From Oopsacas minuta (Eukaryota; Animalia; Porifera), in NCBI GenBank assembly GCA_024704765.1, contig JAKMXF010000133.1, positions 434,001 to 498,000 on the forward strand: a DNA stretch of 64,000 bases, read 5' to 3'. The notes below the pieces were generated by a model. The model was not told the DNA's origin. It made no database searches and saw only the letters and a list, made by a program, of their open reading frames with translations. Numbering within the stretch: position 1 is the stretch's first letter; each line of letters starts with the position of its first letter. A program made the position numbers and the translations under genes. Of this stretch, positions 59,273 through 64,000 are shown piece after piece.

Positions 59273-59495
59273 CGAACAGATGATCGAAAATTTTGTATTT
59301 ATAAAATCTAAGGAATCCTGCTAATTGTTTATAGCGGACTTTTAAGATTCGACAGTGACTCAATACATTTATAAATACGTAATATTTACCGAATATTATT
59401 CTATTTACGCTTATGTACAACTAAATGTATAATATAAAATAACCAAATATATAATGGGTGAGCTATAATATGTAATAAATCCTTCCTTCCCATAT

Positions 59496-61976
59496 TTAAG
59501 CAAAAGTTTTGGTCCTCTTCTCATTGTGCTCAGCATACGGGTTCTTCTTAGCAGGGCTATCTAGATCGTCTAATTGATAGGACTCGTTAATACTACCAGA
59601 AAACATAGTTGATTTCCTGATTCTATTCACCATACGTTGCAAACCAGATGGATGCTCAGCTTCTTTATCCTTATACACTTGTAGGTCCCTTTCTAGGGCT
59701 GTAATCCTTAATTTCAATAGCTGTATATCTTCAGGAAATTCATCCTGTGCCTGAGTTTTAAAGAATGTAACTCCCTTCGGATCTTTTATGAGATAATACA
59801 CAACTGGAAGCCCAATAATACTCGCTATTATGAATGCTATGATATTCGTAAAAATCGCACTCAGTGCAAGTCTGATGTTTGGTTCAGTCACGAACACTAG
59901 CAGCAAGATAATTATCAAATTGAACACAACGCTGGTATACATTAACCAAACGATTACAGAGGAATAACGATGGGATTTGTTCACTACCTTCCTCAGGTGA
60001 TAAGCTAAGAACAATGCTATTAGAATTAGCAAAGTATTTACTAATCCTAATGCTACAACAAACCCGACATTATCACTTATTTCACATCTGTAGATTCTGA
60101 TTAGAGGTGGATCTGTTACCCCACTTGATATCACAAATGATTGATATGTTATTGGTGAAATTAATCCCCATGCTATAATCAATACTACATCAAATAGTAC
60201 TAGTACTGTAGGAAATAATAGTAAATACCTAGCTTGCAACCAACCTGTATACCTGAACTTGTTTTTAACTACAATGAAGTAATACTTGGATGCTTTGGCT
60301 AATACAGCTCCGTAGAGAATGCTCCCACTCACTGATGCAAGCATTACTTGTGCGTGACAATAGATTATACACTGAGGTGCGTCTGGTCTTAATGTTGAAA
60401 AGAATTTCCCATCAATAGTAAAGAGAACAGCTATTAAGACAATAATGTAATTCGTGGCTAGGATAACTATGTTTATCAAAGGTTCTGATTTCTTTGCAGG
60501 AGGTAGATTCTTCTTAACACCAATTAAAATGACTATAATCAACACTGTAACGTAAATTACAACACAAGTTGATGTTGCTAAAACTACTCCAAATAGGATA
60601 AAACTCGTGAAGCGATCCTTAATTCCATCGGAAGCCCGATCTTCTTGCCATATTTTAAAATCACTAATGTTGGATATGACATTGGTTGTATTCCCAAACT
60701 GTGACGGGTTAACTGAGAAATTAGTATAATAACCTCTATACTCAATGCGACCGTCAACGAACTCTACAACTTGAATTGTTTTTTGTTGTCTCTCACGTCC
60801 GAAATATGTCACATCTCCTGTCCAACCATTGAAAGCTTGACTGTATGTATTCATGTAGAGAGCATTCGTAAAGTCAAAGTTACTGTAGTTAAAAGTTTCA
60901 GGGTCGTATCCGTCAGCGATCGTTTGGTTTAAGCCAAGAGCGTATGTCCACAGGGAATCATATAAGTATGCATCAAGCGAATCACGTTCTTCTACAAAAT
61001 TCAAATTGTTATCCAGTGCTATTTGTTCATATTCATTATACAGCTCTTGAGGTGTAAGACCGGATATGGTCCTATGATTTGACTGTAGAATACTATCAAA
61101 CAGCTGATAAGGGATAATACCAATTGCTCCATTGATGACGTCACGTATATCCTGAGTAGTACATTTACCATTTGTTATATTGTAAGCCTGTTCATCCCAG
61201 CCTCTTGTATACCATCCTATCATTAGCCAGGTTAAGTAAGGCAAAGGATTGACAGTTAGTTTTAACTGGCAAATAAACGATACCGCAGCATTTTCATACA
61301 TATTCGCTATTATAATCCTGTAACCCAGATTGTCTATCAGGTCGATTGCATTATATATTTGTGCTTCAACATTCTGGCTTTGAGTATCGAATGTAGCTGT
61401 TCTGTAATCGATATTTAAATCTCTTAGCACTTGTTGAACTGCGTACGAGTTGTATACGAATATTTCTTCTTGCTGGTTGAATATAGCTACTCGTTCCCAA
61501 CCGTGACTTGCAATAAAATTGATTCTACCGATTGCAATATTCGTATCAGAAAGAGACCCCCTGATAAAATACGGATACCTCTCTTTGTCTTCTAGGGATG
61601 GAGAAGCTGCTGCGTATGTGAAAGTTATGAGTCCATATGCCGGACTGATGTTTGCGATTGCCACTGCAGCGATTGAACATCCCGGCCCAAAAACTCCGAG
61701 ATACGTTTCATTTGATATCAAAGAATTGATAAAAGATTCTAGTGCTACTTTATTAGAACAGTCACTATTCTTCCAATCTACTCTGAAGTTATATCCAGAT
61801 AGCAAATCTGGCCTAGAGTTGATATCGTTTAGGGCTAGTGTTGAGCTAAGAGGTGCTAAAGGGAGGGACCAGCCTCCTCTCTCTGGATACAGCCCCAGGA
61901 TAACCAGATCTTTCTGTCCCTGTCCCTTTCCTATTTGGAGAACTAGCCAGATTATCGAAAGTAGTATTAACTTCAT
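59496..61976 (-). CDS. Class C GPCR, GABA-B-receptor-like (Venus flytrap plus 7TM), intronless
   Basis: Signal peptide; GVFGPGCS, ASPSLEDKERYPYFIR, YLYDSLWTYA; seven TM helices; C-terminal coiled coil LKLRITALERDL; no cysteine-rich domain, consistent with GABA-B type. Confidence 0.9.
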   Translation of the reverse strand: MKLILLSIIWLVLQIGKGQGQKDLVILGLYPERGGWSLPLAPLSSTLALNDINSRPDLLSGYNFRVDWKNSDCSNKVALESFINSLISNETYLGVFGPGCSIAAVAIANISPAYGLITFTYAAASPSLEDKERYPYFIRGSLSDTNIAIGRINFIASHGWERVAIFNQQEEIFVYNSYAVQQVLRDLNIDYRTATFDTQSQNVEAQIYNAIDLIDNLGYRIIIANMYENAAVSFICQLKLTVNPLPYLTWLMIGWYTRGWDEQAYNITNGKCTTQDIRDVINGAIGIIPYQLFDSILQSNHRTISGLTPQELYNEYEQIALDNNLNFVEERDSLDAYLYDSLWTYALGLNQTIADGYDPETFNYSNFDFTNALYMNTYSQAFNGWTGDVTYFGRERQQKTIQVVEFVDGRIEYRGYYTNFSVNPSQFGNTTNVISNISDFKIWQEDRASDGIKDRFTSFILFGVVLATSTCVVIYVTVLIIVILIGVKKNLPPAKKSEPLINIVILATNYIIVLIAVLFTIDGKFFSTLRPDAPQCIIYCHAQVMLASVSGSILYGAVLAKASKYYFIVVKNKFRYTGWLQARYLLLFPTVLVLFDVVLIIAWGLISPITYQSFVISSGVTDPPLIRIYRCEISDNVGFVVALGLVNTLLILIALFLAYHLRKVVNKSHRYSSVIVWLMYTSVVFNLIIILLLVFVTEPNIRLALSAIFTNIIAFIIASIIGLPVVYYLIKDPKGVTFFKTQAQDEFPEDIQLLKLRITALERDLQVYKDKEAEHPSGLQRMVNRIRKSTMFSGSINESYQLDDLDSPAKKNPYAEHNEKRTKTFA

Positions 61977-62511
61977 GCAACTAATCTTTGTATAATATTG
62001 TATTATTGTTTTACATAAATATCTCTACAACATTGCCTATAAGTTGTATCTCCTTTCAAGAATTATGTATTGGGTTACATTGGAAATATATCCAAGAGTG
62101 ATTACTGGCTAACAAAATTCATTACTCCTGCAATAAAAGATCAGGTTTTAAGCCACACCTTACATGGTGCAACAAATTTGCCCTCAAAATTCCAAAAACG
62201 AAGTGGCATCGCGTATGGTGGGATTTATAATTAACCTGTTTTGATGGATCATTTCTTGCATTCGAATTGACCAATCAGTTTCATCTCCTTATGGTTAGGC
62301 ATGTTAAATTTGATATAAATTAATTCAGATAGAATATTCTGAATTTATTTTTGTATTTATTTGATCTTTTCTAAACAACTTTCCATCCCGTCTATGTTTA
62401 AGCGTAACAAGGTATAATTAAGTGGCTAATCTTAATATACGTATTTCATGAATTTGTTATTAGATTCCTGTGACAAGGACAACAAGCTATACCAGGAGTG
62501 GTAGGATATCC

Positions 62512-63387
62512 ATGTCTATGAAGTTGATATTACAGAAACAGGGTTATGTGTTAGAAAAGAAATTAGCTTCTGGAGCTTTTTCTAAAGTACAAGTTGCGCA
62601 TTCTCTTTCCAACAATCGGTAAGATTGCAATATTAAAAAAATTTGTTTATACTGATTTTCATAATTCTTACCCTTTAGATCAGTTGTTGTGAAGATAATT
62701 GAGAAAAGTTCACTTGAAGATGAAATCTGGGATCAATTCGTCCCGAGAGAGATCGATACGATTTGTAGAATCGAACATCCTCACATTATTCGAACTCACG
62801 AAATTCTTCAAACAGAAGTACAGATATTTATCGTGATGAAAGTAGCTAATGGTGGGAATCTATCTGACTATGTAGCTAAGAAGAAATATCTACAGGAGTA
62901 TATTGTACACCGTTTATTTGGTGAAATAACAAGTGCTTTGAAGTATTTACACAATAAACTAATCTACCACAGAGATCTCAAGCCAGAAAATGTTCTTTTA
63001 GATGGAAATTTTAGATCTAAACTTGCTGATTTCGGATTTTCAAGAAAGGCAAGTTTTTCTAAACAGAAATTAGAGACTTATTGCGGTTCTTTTCTCTTCG
63101 CTTCTCCTGAGATTTTACGTAACAAACCGTATGAAGGTGCTACGTCAGATATTTGGAGTTTGGGAGTTATTTTATACTTAATGCTGACAGGAGCAATGCC
63201 TTTCTCGGAGAAAGAAATATGGCAGATTGATTCCGACAATATTCCTACACTTATCCATTTCCCTCACTGGCCTCGTGTTAGCCCTCTAGCTGAGAACATG
63301 GTTAGACAACTGCTAGTATTTATACCTGAGACTAGATTCAAATTACTGGAGATAGAAGATCACTTATGGATGAGGAAACACACTTAA
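62512..63387 (+). CDS. TSSK: Testis-specific Ser/Thr kinase-like (2 exons, 62512-62618 and 62679-63387)
   Basis: QKQGYVLEKKLASGAFSKV, VVKII, QFVPREI, HRDLKPEN, ADFGFSR, TYCGSFLFASPE, DIWSLGVILY. Confidence 0.8.
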
Positions 63388-63826
63388 AACTTGTTAAAGC
63401 CAAGTACTGTTGCTCCAGTACTGAATGGGCATACCTTTACCAAACTACCGCCTCTCAATCAAATTCTCTAGTATTTATATTTTTTCTAATTCTATGTTTG
63501 ATGGAAATATTTTGACATAAACACTTCTATTCAAAAGATACTCATTACTTGATTACCGGTAAATGGCTAGCGATTAGTTAATATTATAAATTTATGGACA
63601 CATTCTGAAACTCAATAAGAATCAATCTTACTTGATCTTATAATGACTGAACAATCACATACAATCAATTGACGTTGTGTCTGCCTATGAAACTCAATAC
63701 AACTACAGTATCGTCCAGTAATGTGGATGTATCCTGCAAAAATACTTAGTAACGATAGGCCCTTGACCTTAAGCGCCCTATATCTATATATTCAATTATC
63801 CTCTAAGATGTATACTTTATATAAAA

Positions 63827-64000
63827 ATGGAATCACATCTTTTCAAGGTGTTTCTAGTGTTTATTTGTACAATATTTCTATGTCAATGTGATCATGTAAA
63901 GTTAGTAGGAGGTACTTCTAACCTCGAGGGGAGGGTAGAAGTGTTCTATAACGGGATATGGGGTACTATATGTGATGATTACTGGGGGTTCTATGATGCT
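63827..64000 (+). CDS. Secreted SRCR-domain protein, 5' end only (runs off the window; not in the ORF track)
   Basis: [21 protein letters not shown] signal peptide followed by [35 protein letters not shown]. Confidence 0.93.
   Translation, partial: MESHLFKVFLVFICTIFLCQCDHVKLVGGTSNLEGRVEVFYNGIWGTICDDYWGFYDA

Noticed and set aside
61519-61995. 158-aa + strand ORF and other antisense ORFs (10206-10649, 17264-17680, 54842-55153, 12555-12848)
   Set aside because: They overlap well-supported genes on the opposite strand and show no recognisable motifs.

Overview
AT-rich, gene-dense eukaryotic (animal) genomic DNA with short GT-AG introns and many intronless genes. The gene set and architecture suggest a sponge, probably a glass sponge (Hexactinellida); this is inference only. 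In order, the window holds: the 3' part of a long coiled-coil gene; an atypical ARF-like GTPase; a run of six co-oriented genes (DCTN2, NCS-like EF-hand, ACBD6, Maf-like bZIP, PLC-beta, ADSS); a head-to-head TRIM-NHL pair; IQCB1; a decayed Mutator-like element; an Arg/Asp-expanded SERBP1; a 16-kb MAST kinase gene whose introns contain two complete same-strand intronless genes (a Reeler protein and a 1215-aa beta-helix multi-TM protein); DOT1L; an Ig/FN3/mucin membrane protein; an espin-like ankyrin protein; a PI-PLC X-domain pseudogene; a BBOX1-like dioxygenase; a GABA-B-like class C GPCR; a TSSK-like kinase; and the start of an SRCR gene. Several MITE families (Tc1/mariner-type and hAT-type) are scattered throughout. 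No rRNA, tRNA or CRISPR array was recognised. All homology calls are by motif recognition, not database search. The most notable points are the same-strand nested genes, unpaired splice acceptors just upstream of many start codons (possible trans-splicing/operons), and several signalling proteins with substituted key residues.
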